A DNA stretch of 64,000 nucleotides, taken from Scyliorhinus canicula. Taxonomy: Eukaryota. The translations under genes and the position numbers were made by a program. The notes below the pieces were generated by a model. That model worked only from the letters and a program-made list of their open reading frames with translations. It was not told the origin of the DNA and made no database searches. Positions within the stretch are counted from its first letter, which is position 1. Each line of letters opens with the position of its first letter. Below are positions 50,985 through 62,100 of the stretch, piece by piece. Location of the stretch: the NCBI RefSeq assembly GCF_902713615.1, contig NC_052149.1, positions 126,545,256 through 126,609,255 of the forward strand, given 5' to 3'.

Positions 50985-52650
50985 GCAACACTGGAGAAAT
51001 CCTGCCCCTATTTCTGGTGGTCTTGTGTCCAGGTCACACCCCCCAGCCAAGCTGCCCCAGTTTAGATACATAACTGGCATCGACCAGTTACCCAGGTGTG
51101 ACCTGTCCACAAAAAGCTGGACAAACCCAATCCGGACAATTACTGTCCATCAGTCATCTCGCGATCATCAGCAAAATGATTGATGTTGTTAACGACGGTG
51201 TTATCAAGTAGCACTTACTCAGCAATAACCTGCTCACTGACGCTCAGTTAAGGATCTGCCAGGGTCTCTCAGCTCCTGACCTCATTACAGCCTTGGTTCA
51301 AACATGGACAAAAGAGCTGAACTCCAGAGGTGAGGCCAGAGTAACTGCCCTTTGACATCGAGGCAGCATTTGACCAAGTTTGGCATCAAGGAGCCCGAGC
51401 AAAACTGCAGTCAATGGGAATCAGGGGGAAAACTCTCCGCTGGTTGGAGTCATACCCAGCACAAAGGAAGATGGCTGTTGTTTGGGGTTTAACTCTCCAA
51501 TCTATATTAATGAGCTGGATGAAGGCAATGAGAGTATTGTAGCTAAATTTGCTGATGATAAAATGATTGGTAGGAAAGCAAGTTGTGAGGAGGATACAGA
51601 GTCTGAAAAGGGATATTGATAGGTTCAGTGAGTGGGGAGAACATTTGACAGATTGAGTATAATGTGGGGAAATGTGAGCTTGTCCACTTTGTTAGGGAGA
51701 ATAGAAAAGCAGAATATTATTGACATGGAGAGAGACTGCAGAAAGCTGTGGTACAGAGGGATCTGGGTGTCCTTGTGTATGAATCACAGAACGTTAACCT
51801 GCAGGTACAGCAAGTGATGAGGAAGGTCAATGGAATGTTGTCCTTTATTACACGGGGGATGGAGTATAAAAGTAGGGAAGTCTTGCTCCATCTATACAGC
51901 ACATTGGGGAGATTACACCGTGAGTACTGGGGAAAGGTTTGGTCTCATAGAATCATAGAATTTACAGTGCAGAAGGAGGCCATTTGGCCCATCGAGTAGA
52001 AAGAGCACCCTACATTTTCTTTTTTTATTAAATAAATTTAAAATACCCAATTCATTTTTTCCAATTAAGAGGAAATTTGGTTTGGCCAATCCACCTACCC
52101 TGCACATTTTTGGGTTGTGGGGGCGGAACACACGCAAACAAAGGGAGAATGTGCAACCTCCACACGGACAGTGACCCAGAGCCGGGATCATACCTGGGAC
52201 CTTGGCGCCGTGAGGCAGCAGTGCTAACCACTGTGCCACCATGCAGTCCTCGAAAGAGCACCCTACTTAGGACCACTCCTGCACCCTATCCCCGTAACCA
52301 CTGATTCCACTGAGGAATGGAATGTCTGATGAGGAAAGGTTGAGCTGGTTGGGTCTGTACTCATTGCAGAATGAGAGGTGATCTTATTGAAACATATAAG
52401 ATTCCGAGGGAGCTTGACAGGGTGGATGCTGAGAGAATGTTTGCCCTCGTGGGGAATCTAGAATTAGTGGACACAGTTTCAAAATAAGGTGGAGATGAGG
52501 AGGAATTTCTTCTCTCAGAGGGTCATTAGTTTTTGGAATTCTCTTTCCCAGAGAGCAGTGCATGCTGGGACATTATATATATTCCAGGCTGAGTTCGACA
52601 GATATCTGATTGACGAGGGTCAAAGGTTATGGGGACCGACAGGAAAGTGG
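50985..52650 (+). mobile_element. Two CR1-like RT/3' fragments, with nested SINEs at ~51944-52300
   Basis: IYINELDEG...IVAKFADD and QRDLGVLVYES. SINE head and core on minus at 52060-52235. Confidence 0.8.
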
Positions 52651-53487
52651 AGTTTGGGCCATTTTTAAAAATTCATTTATGGGATGTGTGGGTCTGAAGT
52701 GGGAACCTGCCAGCCTGACCTTGTCCGGCCTACAAGTGACTCCAGATCCGCAGTAATGTGTTGATTCTGAAATGTCCTCTGGAATGGCCGAGCAAGACAC
52801 TCAGTTCAAGGGCAATTAGGGATGGGCAATAAATGCTGGCCCAGCCAGAGATCACACATCACATCAAACAATAAAAATATCTCCAGGGATTTTCAGGAAT
52901 ATTGGATCAGGAATAAATATCAGACTGAACTCGACCCAAAGAGAAAGTAACTGAGAGTCTCCTCAAAAGCCTGGAACACTGAAGCCACTGGATTGTGAGC
53001 CCTGCTGGACCTGTTTGTCATCAGAACTTTGCTAAGAGATAAGCAGGGAGTGGAGAGAGCAGAGTTAAAGCTGGGGGAAGTGGGACCTCGGTGTCTAACT
53101 GTGCTGCTGCTGCTGCTGTGATCAGTTATATCAGAGAGTGTGACAGGGAGCCAGAGCTCACATCAAACTCTGCCCGTGTCTGTCACACACAGACTGACAG
53201 GAGTCTAGTGAGTGATTTCACTCCATGGTCCAGGAATGTGAACACAGTCTGCAAACGTCCAGATCTCCTCCACACGGTGGGTAAAAGCTGCTTACTTATA
53301 TCTTGCTGCTTAAAGGGGGGAATGGAACTAAAGAAATACAGCTGGGCACCCTGTTCTACACAGTGTTCTTCAATGAACCATTTCATTCACTGCAGCTCCT
53401 CACTAACACCTTCAGCTATTCAGCATTTGTGTTTGAGAAAGTTTCAGTATTGAAAGGGTTAATAACGGAGGATTGGGGTTTACTTAC

Positions 53488-53522
53488 TCAGTCTGAGCTT
53501 GGTTCCTTTACCGAACGTATGC
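53488..53522 (-). CDS. IGKJ: Ig kappa J segment
   Basis: GCATACGTTCGGTAAAGGAACCAAGCTCAGACTGA|GTAAGT encodes HTFGKGTKLRL with the FGxG motif. The phase-1 donor matches the C exon. Confidence 0.97.
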
Positions 53523-53561
53523 CACACTGACAGCTTCCAGTGCAGGGGCTGTACAAAAACC
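53523..53561 (+). other. J 23-RSS
   Basis: CACACTG + 23 nt (ACAGCTTCCAGTGCAGGGGCTGT) + ACAAAAACC. Confidence 0.95.
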
Positions 53562-53897
53562 TCTGCTCTCTGCTTCACTCACTCACTCTCACCCTCTCTC
53601 TGTCTCTCACTCACTCATGTCTTTCTCTCTCACTCTTTCTCACTCTCTGTTTCTCTCAATATCTCTGTGGTTTGTTGGGAGATTTGAAAAGTCTAATTTT
53701 GAATGATAAATCTTTCAGCTGCTCTTCACAATGTGGACATGGAGAATAAAAAACCTGAGGCCTTCAGTGACTGGAGTGTGTAGTGGACAGTGATAATAAT
53801 GTGTTCAGGTTCCTTTCTTGTGTTTATATAAAACTGTTCATATATTATATAAAACTGTGCTTCGTGTCAGGAGAGGAGGTGGTGCTGTGAATACTGA

Positions 53898-53925
53898 GGT
53901 TTTTGTAAGGCTCTGTATCACTGTG
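53898..53925 (-). other. V 12-RSS, consensus heptamer and nonamer
   Basis: CACAGTG + ATACAGAGCCTT (12 nt) + ACAAAAACC. Confidence 0.98.
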
Positions 53926-54231
53926 TAGACCTGCCGGTGGAGCTGCTATACGCCTGACAGTAATAATCAGCGACATCCTCATTCTGCACATTGCTGATTG
54001 TCAGGGTGAATCGTGTTCCAGATTGACTGCCGGTGAATCGGTCGGATATTCCTGTGAACCGGGTTGTTGCATCATAGATCAGCAGAGCCGGTTTCTGACC
54101 TTCTCGCTGTTGATACCAAGCAACATAATTGCTGACAGATTGACTGGCCGTACAGGTGATGGTTGCGGTCTGGCCCAGGCTCAATGACAGCACCGGGGGA
54201 GACTGGGTCATGATGATGTCTCCACTGATAC
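53926..54231 (-). CDS. IGKV: Ig kappa V exon, germline (unjoined)
   Basis: Acceptor TTACCCCTCAG. (G)[52 protein letters not shown]...[18 protein letters not shown]. Cys23, Trp41 and Cys104 are intact. Confidence 0.98.
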
Positions 54232-54417
54232 CTGAGGGGTAATAGAGAAACAGAGTGAAGTAAGAACTGTCACAGAAAGAGCCTGTACAATGAGATATTG
54301 TTGGAGACACTGACTATTCCTCTGCTTTCAACATTTTCCCTTCAATCACAAGTCAGTAGAATTGGATTGAAATGGAGAGCAGGAAAATATTCAAGGTGGA
54401 AGGAGAGAGATTTGTAC

Positions 54418-54466
54418 CTGCGATGCAGAATGCCAGAGGCCAGATCAGCTGGATGGCTGAAATCAT
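54418..54466 (-). CDS. IGKV: Ig kappa leader exon
   Basis: GACACCATG start, MISAIQLIWPLAFCIA(G), GT donor, phase-1 186-bp intron to V. Confidence 0.93.
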
Positions 54467-54524
54467 GGTGTCTGCTCCTGTCCCTGTGCCTGGTTACTGA
54501 TAAACTCTCCCTTCACTGGGCTCT

Positions 54525-54605
54525 GCTTTATAAAGCTGCAGCCTGTGAGAGTCTGACTGCCCGTTCCTCAGTATGTAAATGGTATGAGGCAGAGACACCA
54601 CGTCA
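54525..54605 (-). promoter_or_regulatory. Vkappa promoter: TATA, variant octamer and CRE/UPRE-like site
   Basis: Palindromic GCTTTATAAAGC at 54525-54536, ATTTACAT at 54573-54580 (~40 bp upstream of TATA) and TGACGTGG at 54598-54605. Confidence 0.75.
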
Positions 54606-55182
54606 GCACCTTCACTTCCTCTTCTCTCTCTCATTCACTCCCTCAGTGTCAGTCCCTCAGTTTCTGTCGCTCCCCCTCTCTCTCTGTCTCTCTCTGTCTT
54701 GTTCTTCCTGTCTCACTGTATCTGCTTGATCTCCCGCTCTCTCTCTCTCCGTTGATACCTGTCCCTCAGACTCTCTCTCTGTCTCTCTCTCTTTCACCCT
54801 GATTTTATCTCTCTTTCTCCCTCACTTTATTTCTCTATTTGTTCCTCTGTGTTTTCATCTCCCTCTACCTGAGAGGAGGGAACAATCTCATTCACTCTAT
54901 TAGTCCCCTCAGGATATCTTTATTGAAGTTCATGTCTCGTTCTTCTGAACTTTATCCCTGTACAGCTGCAGTAAAATGTCCCTTTGATTTTTTTCTGTTC
55001 CTCTTATAATAAACACCAACATTCCATTTCCCTTCCTGATCACTTGCTGGACCTGCAGACTAACGTGATCTGTAGTTACAGCTTGCCAACGCATAACAAA
55101 GCATTTACCCCACTCCCTGATTTCTGTTCACCAAAAAATCCTACATCCATATTCAGATATTACACTGTATACCATGAGATCA

Positions 55183-55297
55183 GGGCGGGATTCTCGAGCC
55201 ACATCCACCCGGTGACCGGACATTCCGCCCGAGGTCAAAGGACCTTTACAGGGTCTGCGTCCCACCCATGACGACCTTGCGGCGAAGAATCCAGCCC
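55183..55297. mobile_element. Short Harbinger-type MITE
   Basis: GGGCGGGATTCTC / AGAATCCAGCCC ends. TSD unclear. Confidence 0.65.
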
Positions 55298-55473
55298 CAT
55301 ATCTTGTGCAGTAAGATTTTGTGTGGCACCTGACCAAATACCTTTTGGAATTCCGTGTACATCACATCTACAGCTTCCCCTTTTTCCACCTTTTGACTTC
55401 CTCAAAGATGGATGAGCTCAAGCGAGAGCACAACAAGCTGAAGATTCGCACCCCAAGTGGCATTCCAGAACTC

Positions 55474-56157
55474 CCCTGACCTCACTGACCTGTTACCCCT
55501 GACCTCACTGACCTGGTAATTCTGACCTCACTGACCTGTTAATTCTGACCTCACTGACCTGTTATCCCTGACCTCACTGACCTGTCAATTCTGACCTCAC
55601 TGACCTGTTAATTCTGACCTCACTGACCTGTTACCCCTGACCTCACTGACCTGTTAATTCTGACCTCACTGACCTGTTAATTCTGACCTCACTGACCTGT
55701 TACCCCTGACCTCACTGACCTGTTAATTCTGACCTCACTGACCTGTTAATTCTGACCTCACTGACCTGTTAATTATGACCTCACTGACCTGTTAATTCTG
55801 ACCTCACTCACCTGTTAATTCTGACCTCACTGACCTGTTACCCCTGACCTCACTGACCTGTTAATTCTGATCTCACTGACCTGTTAATTCTGACCTCACT
55901 GACCTGTTAATTCTGACCTCACTGACCTGTTACCCCTGACCTCACTGACCTGTTACCCCTGACCTCACTGACCTGTTACCCCTGACCTCACTGACCTGTT
56001 TATTCTGACCTCACTAACCTGTTAATTCTGACCTCACTGACCTGTTATCCCCTACATCACTAATCTGTTAGCCCTGATCTCACTGACCTGTTACCTTTGA
56101 ACTCACTGACCTATTGCCGCTAACCTCACTGACCTCTTACCCCTGACCTCACTGACC
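55474..56157. repeat. 23-bp minisatellite, ~30 copies, each unit containing TGACCTcacTGACCT
   Basis: Unit TGACCTCACTGACCTGTTA(ATT/CCC)C read directly. Confidence 0.97.
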
Positions 56158-56159
56158 CC

Positions 56160-56470
56160 CAATTCCCTCCATGGCGTCACTCCTCCCTACCTCTGCATCC
56201 TGCTGCAGACTCACATTCCCTCCCTCACCCTTCCATCCTCTGACTCTGGTCTCCTGCCCATCGCTACTTCCTTCATCCCACCATTGACAGCAGAGCCTTC
56301 AGATGCCTAGGGCCTGATCTCTGAACTCTCACCCTTAAACCCTCCCCCTCTCTAGGTCACTCCACTCCATCAAACTCCATCCTTCAATCCAAGCCTTCGA
56401 TTTATCTTCCTTAAATACCCCCAACTCCCTCGCTCCTCTTATTGCCGCTCTGCGTAACATCCTGGGATGT
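56160..56470 (+). mobile_element. L2 LINE 3' fragment contiguous with the 23-bp array
   Basis: TCCCTCCATGGCGTCACTCCTCCCTACCTCTG resembles the L2 sequence at 26115-26150. Confidence 0.7.
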
Positions 56471-56619
56471 TTTGTACATTAAGGCACTAAGTAAATTCAT
56501 TTTGTGTGGGGATTTTGTTTGGGGACAGAATTAGACAAAGTAGTGATGGCTCCTTCAGTCAAATATCCTGATGAAAGGGTCCAACTTCCCCAAACAGAAT
56601 GGGGAAGAGGCTGATGTTA

Positions 56620-58695
56620 GATTTTTTTTTAATGTATGCATTCATGTGATGAGGGTGTCACTGGCTGGATCAGCATTTATTGCCCATCCCTAATTGCCCC
56701 AGCGGATGTGGTGATCAGCTGCCTTCTTGAACGGGTACAGACCCTGAGGTGTAGGTACACCCACAGTGCTGTTAGGGAGGGCATTCCTGGATTTTGATCC
56801 TGAATTCTGAACCTTGTCGCTCGCCTGAGGTGTGGTGTCCCTCAGGTTAAATCACCACCAGCCAGATCTCCCTGTCTAAGGGGAAAGCAGCCTATGGTCA
56901 TCTGGGACTATGATGACTTTGCTATTTATATGGCTAGTCCAGTTCAGTATCTGGTTCATGGTAAACTCCCAGGATGTTAATAATGGGGGATTCAATGATG
57001 GGACACCATTCATTGAATGTCAAGAGGCAATGGTTGGATTCTCTCTTGTTGGAGATGGACATTGCCTGGCATTTCTGTGGTGTTAATGTTACTTGTCAAA
57101 TCAACTCTGGATACTGTCCAGTCTTGCTGCACTTCGACAAGGACTGCTTCATTATCTGAGGAGTCGTGAATGGTGCTGAACATTGTGCAGTCATCCGCAA
57201 ACATCCCCACTTCTGACCTTATGATGGAAGGGAGGTCATTGATGAAGCAGCTGAAGATGGTTGGGCCTTGGACACTACCCTGAGCAACTCCTGCAGTTAT
57301 GTCCTGAAGCTGAGATGATTGACCTCCAACTACAGCAACCATCTTCCTTTGTGCCGTGTATGACTCCAACCAGCGGATGGTTTTGCCCCCAATTCTCATT
57401 GACTCCAGTTTAGCTTGGGCTCCTTGATGCCACACTCGGTCAAATGCTGCCTTGTTAGGGGGGCAGCAAGTTCTGGAGCACAAGTCTTCAATACTATTGC
57501 TGGAATATTGTCAGGGCCCATAGGCTTTGAGTATCCAGTGCCTTCAGCCATTTATTAATATCACGTGGAGTGAATCGTATTGGCTGAAGACTGACATCTG
57601 TGATATGGAGACCTCAGGAGGAGACCGAGATGGATCATCCACTCGGCCCTTCTGGCTGTAGATTGTTGTGAATGCTTCCGCCTTGTCTTTAGTACGAATG
57701 CACTGGGTTCTTCCATCATTGAGGATGAGGATATTTGTGGAGCCTCCTCCTCCAGTGAGTTGTTTAATTGTCCACCAACATTCACAGCTGGATGTGGCAG
57801 GACTGCAGAGCTTAGATCTTATCCATTGGTTGTGGGATCGTTTAGCTCTGTCTGTCACTAGCTGAAAGCGCTGTTTGATACACAAGTAGTCCTGTGTTGT
57901 AATGCACCAGATTGCCTGGTGTTGTTCCTGGCGTGCTCTCCTGCACTCTTCATTAAACCAGGGTTGCACCCCTGGCTCAGTGATAATGGTAGAGTGGGAG
58001 ATATGCAGAGTCATGAGGTTGCAGATGGTGGTTCAGTCCAATTCTGCTGCTGCTGATGACCCACACCACCTCATGGATGCCCAGTATTGAGTTACTAGAT
58101 CTGTTCTGAATCTATCCCATTCAGCACTGTGGTAGTGCCACACAACAGAATAGAGTGTGTCCTCAATATGAAGATGGATCTTTGTCTCCACAAGGACTGT
58201 GTGGTGGTCACTCCTACCGATACTGTCATGGACAGATGTATCTGTGGCAGGCAGGTTGGTGAGGATGAGGTCAAGTATAATTTTCCCTCTTGTTGGTTCC
58301 CTCACCACCTGCTGCAGTCCCAGGTCCAGCAGCTATGTCCTTTATGACTCTGGCCAGCTCGGTCTGTGGTGGTACTACTGAGCCACTCTTGGTGATGGAC
58401 ATTGAAGGTCCCCACTCAGAGTATAATCTGCACCCATGCCACCCTCAGTGCTTCCTCCAAGTGGTGTTCAACATTGTGGTGCTGTCTCATAAACTGAGGG
58501 AGATGTGGGGTATGGTAATCATATTTAACACATGTTTAACCTGACACCATGAGACTACATGGGGTCCAGATTCGATGTTGAGGATTCCCAGGGCACCTCC
58601 TCCCGACAGTATACCACTTTGCCCCCACCTCTGCTGGGTCTGTCCTGCTGGTGAGACAGGATATACCCAGGGAATGGTGATATTGTCTGGGACAT
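56620..58695 (-). mobile_element. CR1-like LINE ORF2 remnant with internal deletions
   Basis: VREPTRGKIILDLILTN, IGRSDHHTVLVE, AAFDRVWHQG, FINDLPS...MFADDCT. The 3' tail GGGCAATTAGGGATGGGCAATAAATGCTG is also seen at 52810-52840. Confidence 0.88.
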
Positions 58696-59108
58696 TGGGC
58701 ACAATTCTCCAGCCTCTTTGCGCTCTCGTTCAAACAAGGCGGGAGAGGACAAAAATGAGATCCGTGCCAGGTGCCAAACAGCTTGCGATGTAACCGGCCG
58801 CTCCCATTGGCCAAATCAGGATCTCGCCGGAGCACGGCAAGAAACCAATTATCACCACGTAAGCCCCATTTCCATACAATTTTTTTTTTTTAATTTAGTG
58901 TACCCAATTCATTTTTTCCAATGAAGGGGCAATTTAGCCTGCACATCTTTGGGTTGTGGGGGTGAAACCCACGCACACACGGGGAGAATGTGCAAACTCC
59001 ACATGGACAGTGACCCAGAGCCGAGAGCGACCCCATATCCAACGGCCTCCCATCATTCAGCCGCCTCCCCAGTAAGTGGTTATGCTGACGCCGATTAGTA
59101 CTCCATTT
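58696..59108. mobile_element. End of a Harbinger-like element, interrupted by a SINE fragment (~58880-59020) and by the second L1
   Basis: Begins GGGCACAATTCTCC, a TIR-like sequence shared with the MITE family. Confidence 0.5.
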
Positions 59109-59122
59109 AAAAAGGTAAACCT

Positions 59123-62100
59123 GGACTTCCGGTGGCGGCGATACCTGAATGAGCCGCACATTCGGCGGGCTCTCACTCCGGCGGGGCTTTGGAGCTGATT
59201 CCCCGCGATAGCGGACCACGGGGGGAAAAATGGCTGCCACGAAAGAGCAGGAGAGCGGGCTGACATCGATGGAACCGTGGGAGGCCAGCAGGTAGGGGAA
59301 GAGAGAGAGAGAGAGACACGGAGGCAAGGAGCAGAGGAAACTGACCTGCAACGTAAGATAGCGGACCCACGGACCTTCCTTCCTCCAGGAGAAGAAAATA
59401 AGTTTTTGAGTCGCTTGGACCCACTTCAGAGGCCCAGAATGTGAAATTTAAGGAGCTGGGAGAAGGAAGGCGGCAGCGAAAGTGCTGAGGAGCGGGCTGC
59501 GGCACATGGAACAGCGAGAGTCCAGAAGGCAGAAGAAGAAGGAGAAAAAGGGACAGAGACAAGGACCTGAAGAAACTTACCTGGGACCTAAGATGGCGGA
59601 CACACGGACCCCGGACTTAGCAATCCAGCTGGCGCTGGATAACATGCTCCAGGTAATGAAGTCCAGTTTTGAAGCGCTGAAGCGGGACAGCTTCGACCCA
59701 ATCCAGAAAGCGGTGGATCAGCTGAACCAGAGGCTGGACGCCCAGGATGTTAAAGTTAAGGAGCTGGGAGAGGCGGTGGAGGAGCAGGCGGATGCGCAAA
59801 CGGTTGCAGCCCTAGAAGTTGACGGCCTGCAAGAGCGGCAGAGAAGACTGCTGGACAGAGTGGAGGAGCTGGAGAATAGAGTCCGCAGGAACAATCTGAG
59901 GATGGTCGGCCTCCCGGAGGGGGCTGATGGAGCTGATGCTGCAGCGTTTGTAGCAGACCTGCTGAAGCAGCTGATGGGGGCCGAAGCCTTTCCGTGACCG
60001 CCGGAGCTGGAGGGGGCACACAGTGCAGGCAAGGCTGGGGCGGCCGGGTGGACCCCCCCGCCCGATGCTGATTAGGTTCCACAGGTTCGTGGACAAGGAG
60101 CGGGTGCTGCAGTGGGCAAAGAACGCCAGGAGCAGCACGTGGAACAACAGTGTTCTCCGCATTTATCAGGACCTAAGCCAGGAGGTGGCTCGGTGGCGTG
60201 CAGCCTTTAAGAATGTTAAGGAGGTGCTGTTCAAGAAGCACGTGAAGTTTGGTCTGCTGTTCCCAGCTCGGCTATGGGTCACGCACCAGGGTCAACACCA
60301 CTACTTCTCCGAGCCCGAAGAAGCGATGGATTTTGTGAGGGACCTGGGGCTGGTCCCGAAAGGAGGCCCCAAGGACGCGAGTTAGGGCCCGAGGATTACT
60401 GTGGGAAGGAACGCCGAATGTGCCTGAACTGCTGCTCAACGGTTTGCTGGGCCAAAGGGGCCAAGCGGAACATTTGGGACTCTTTTTCCTTTGTTCATGG
60501 ACATTGGTTTGGGGGGTTAACCCCTCCTTTCCTTTTTTTGGGGTTTTTTTTGTGGTCTCTCGTGTTTCTTATGGGGTTTTTTTTTTTGGGTTTATTTTTG
60601 TGCTTTTTCCTCTTTTTTCTGTTTTTTTTTCTGTTTGGGCTGATTTGTACTTTTTGTGCAGCTCGCGGAGGACACTGGAGCCGGCTTGCCCTAGTGGGTG
60701 GGAGAGAGGGTTGGGGTGCCGGGGAGTGGGGAGGAGGACGGGGAAACAATGGGAATGAGACAGGAAGGCGCCGGAGTGTTGAGTCACCGGGCTAGCAGAT
60801 TGGCTAGTCAAGGGAGTCAGGTGGGGAGGGAAGTCACAGCCAGTAGATGGCAGGGGTGGGGGTATCGGGGGATGGGGTGGGGGGGGGGGGTTGTTCTGCT
60901 GACGGGGGAGGGACTTGAAATAGGCACTGGAAAGGAGGTCGAGGGTGGAGGCAGCCAAAGGGCGGGCCAGGAATGGCGCGACGCACGGGCCAGGGGCCGG
61001 CCCGAGAAAGGCTATGGCTGACCGGCGGGGTGGGGGGGGGGGGGGGGGGGGGGGGGGTGTGGGATGTACCCCCCGACCAGGCTGATCACCTGGAACGTCA
61101 AGGGACTGAATAGGCCGGTTAAGAGGGCGCGGGTGTTCGCGCACTTGCGGGCCCTGAGGGCGGACGTAATTATGTTGCAGGAGTCACATCTGAAAGTGTC
61201 TGACCAGACCAGGCTAAGGAAGGGCTGGATTAGCCAGGTCTTCCACTCGGACTTGGACTCGAAGTCCAGAGGGGTGGCAATCATGATCAACAAGCGGGTG
61301 CAATTTGAGGCAGAGGGCATATCCTCAGACAGGGGTGCCAGATACCTGATGGTACAGGGCAGACTGGAGGGGAGAAGAGTGGTGCTGGTGAATATATATG
61401 CCCCGAACTAGGATGACGTGGACTTCATTAAAAGAGTGCTGGGGAAGATCTGGACCTGGACTCTCGCAGGCTAATAATGGGAGGGGGGGGACTTTAACAT
61501 GGTCCTTGACCCGGCTTTGGATCGGTCGTGTCCCAGAACGGGTAGACTCCCAGCAATGGCAAGGGAGCTGAAAGGGTTTATGGAGCAAATGGGGGCAGTG
61601 GACCCCTGAAGAGCCAGACAGCCGACAGGAAGGGGCTACTCATTTTACTCGCACGTCCATAAAGTATATTCTAGGGTAGATTTCTTCGTACTAAGCAGGG
61701 ATTGTATAGGGGAGGTAAAGAACACGGGATATTCGGCAATTACTATCTCAGACCATGCCCCGCACTGGGTAGACCTGCAGATCGGGGGAGCGAGCTACCA
61801 ACGCCCGCAATGGAGGCTAAATGTGGGACTGCTGTCGGAGGAGGGGATCTGCGAGAGGCTTCGGAGGTGTATGCAAAATTACCTGCAGGTGAATGACACG
61901 GGGGAGGTCTCGGCGGCGACCCTGTGGGAGGCGCTAAAGGCAGTAGTGCGGGGGGAGCTGATTTCAATTGGGGCCCACAGAGCCAAGGCAGACCGGGCAG
62001 AGATGGATAGATTGGTCAGGGAAATGGGTCGGATAGATGAAGAGCACGCGGAGTCCCCGGGGGAGGTTTTACTCAGGGAGAGGCAGAGACTACAGGCGGA

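Noticed and set aside
53488-54231. Germline-joined VJ gene, as in some shark light chains
   Set aside because: V and J are 403 bp apart and both retain their RSSs.
56555-56600. Second hammerhead (CCTGATGAAAGGG...)
   Set aside because: No GAAA box after a stem II and no closing stem I.
6334-59020. tRNA genes
   Set aside because: The A/B-box sequences are SINE heads continuing into SINE cores, with no complete cloverleaf.
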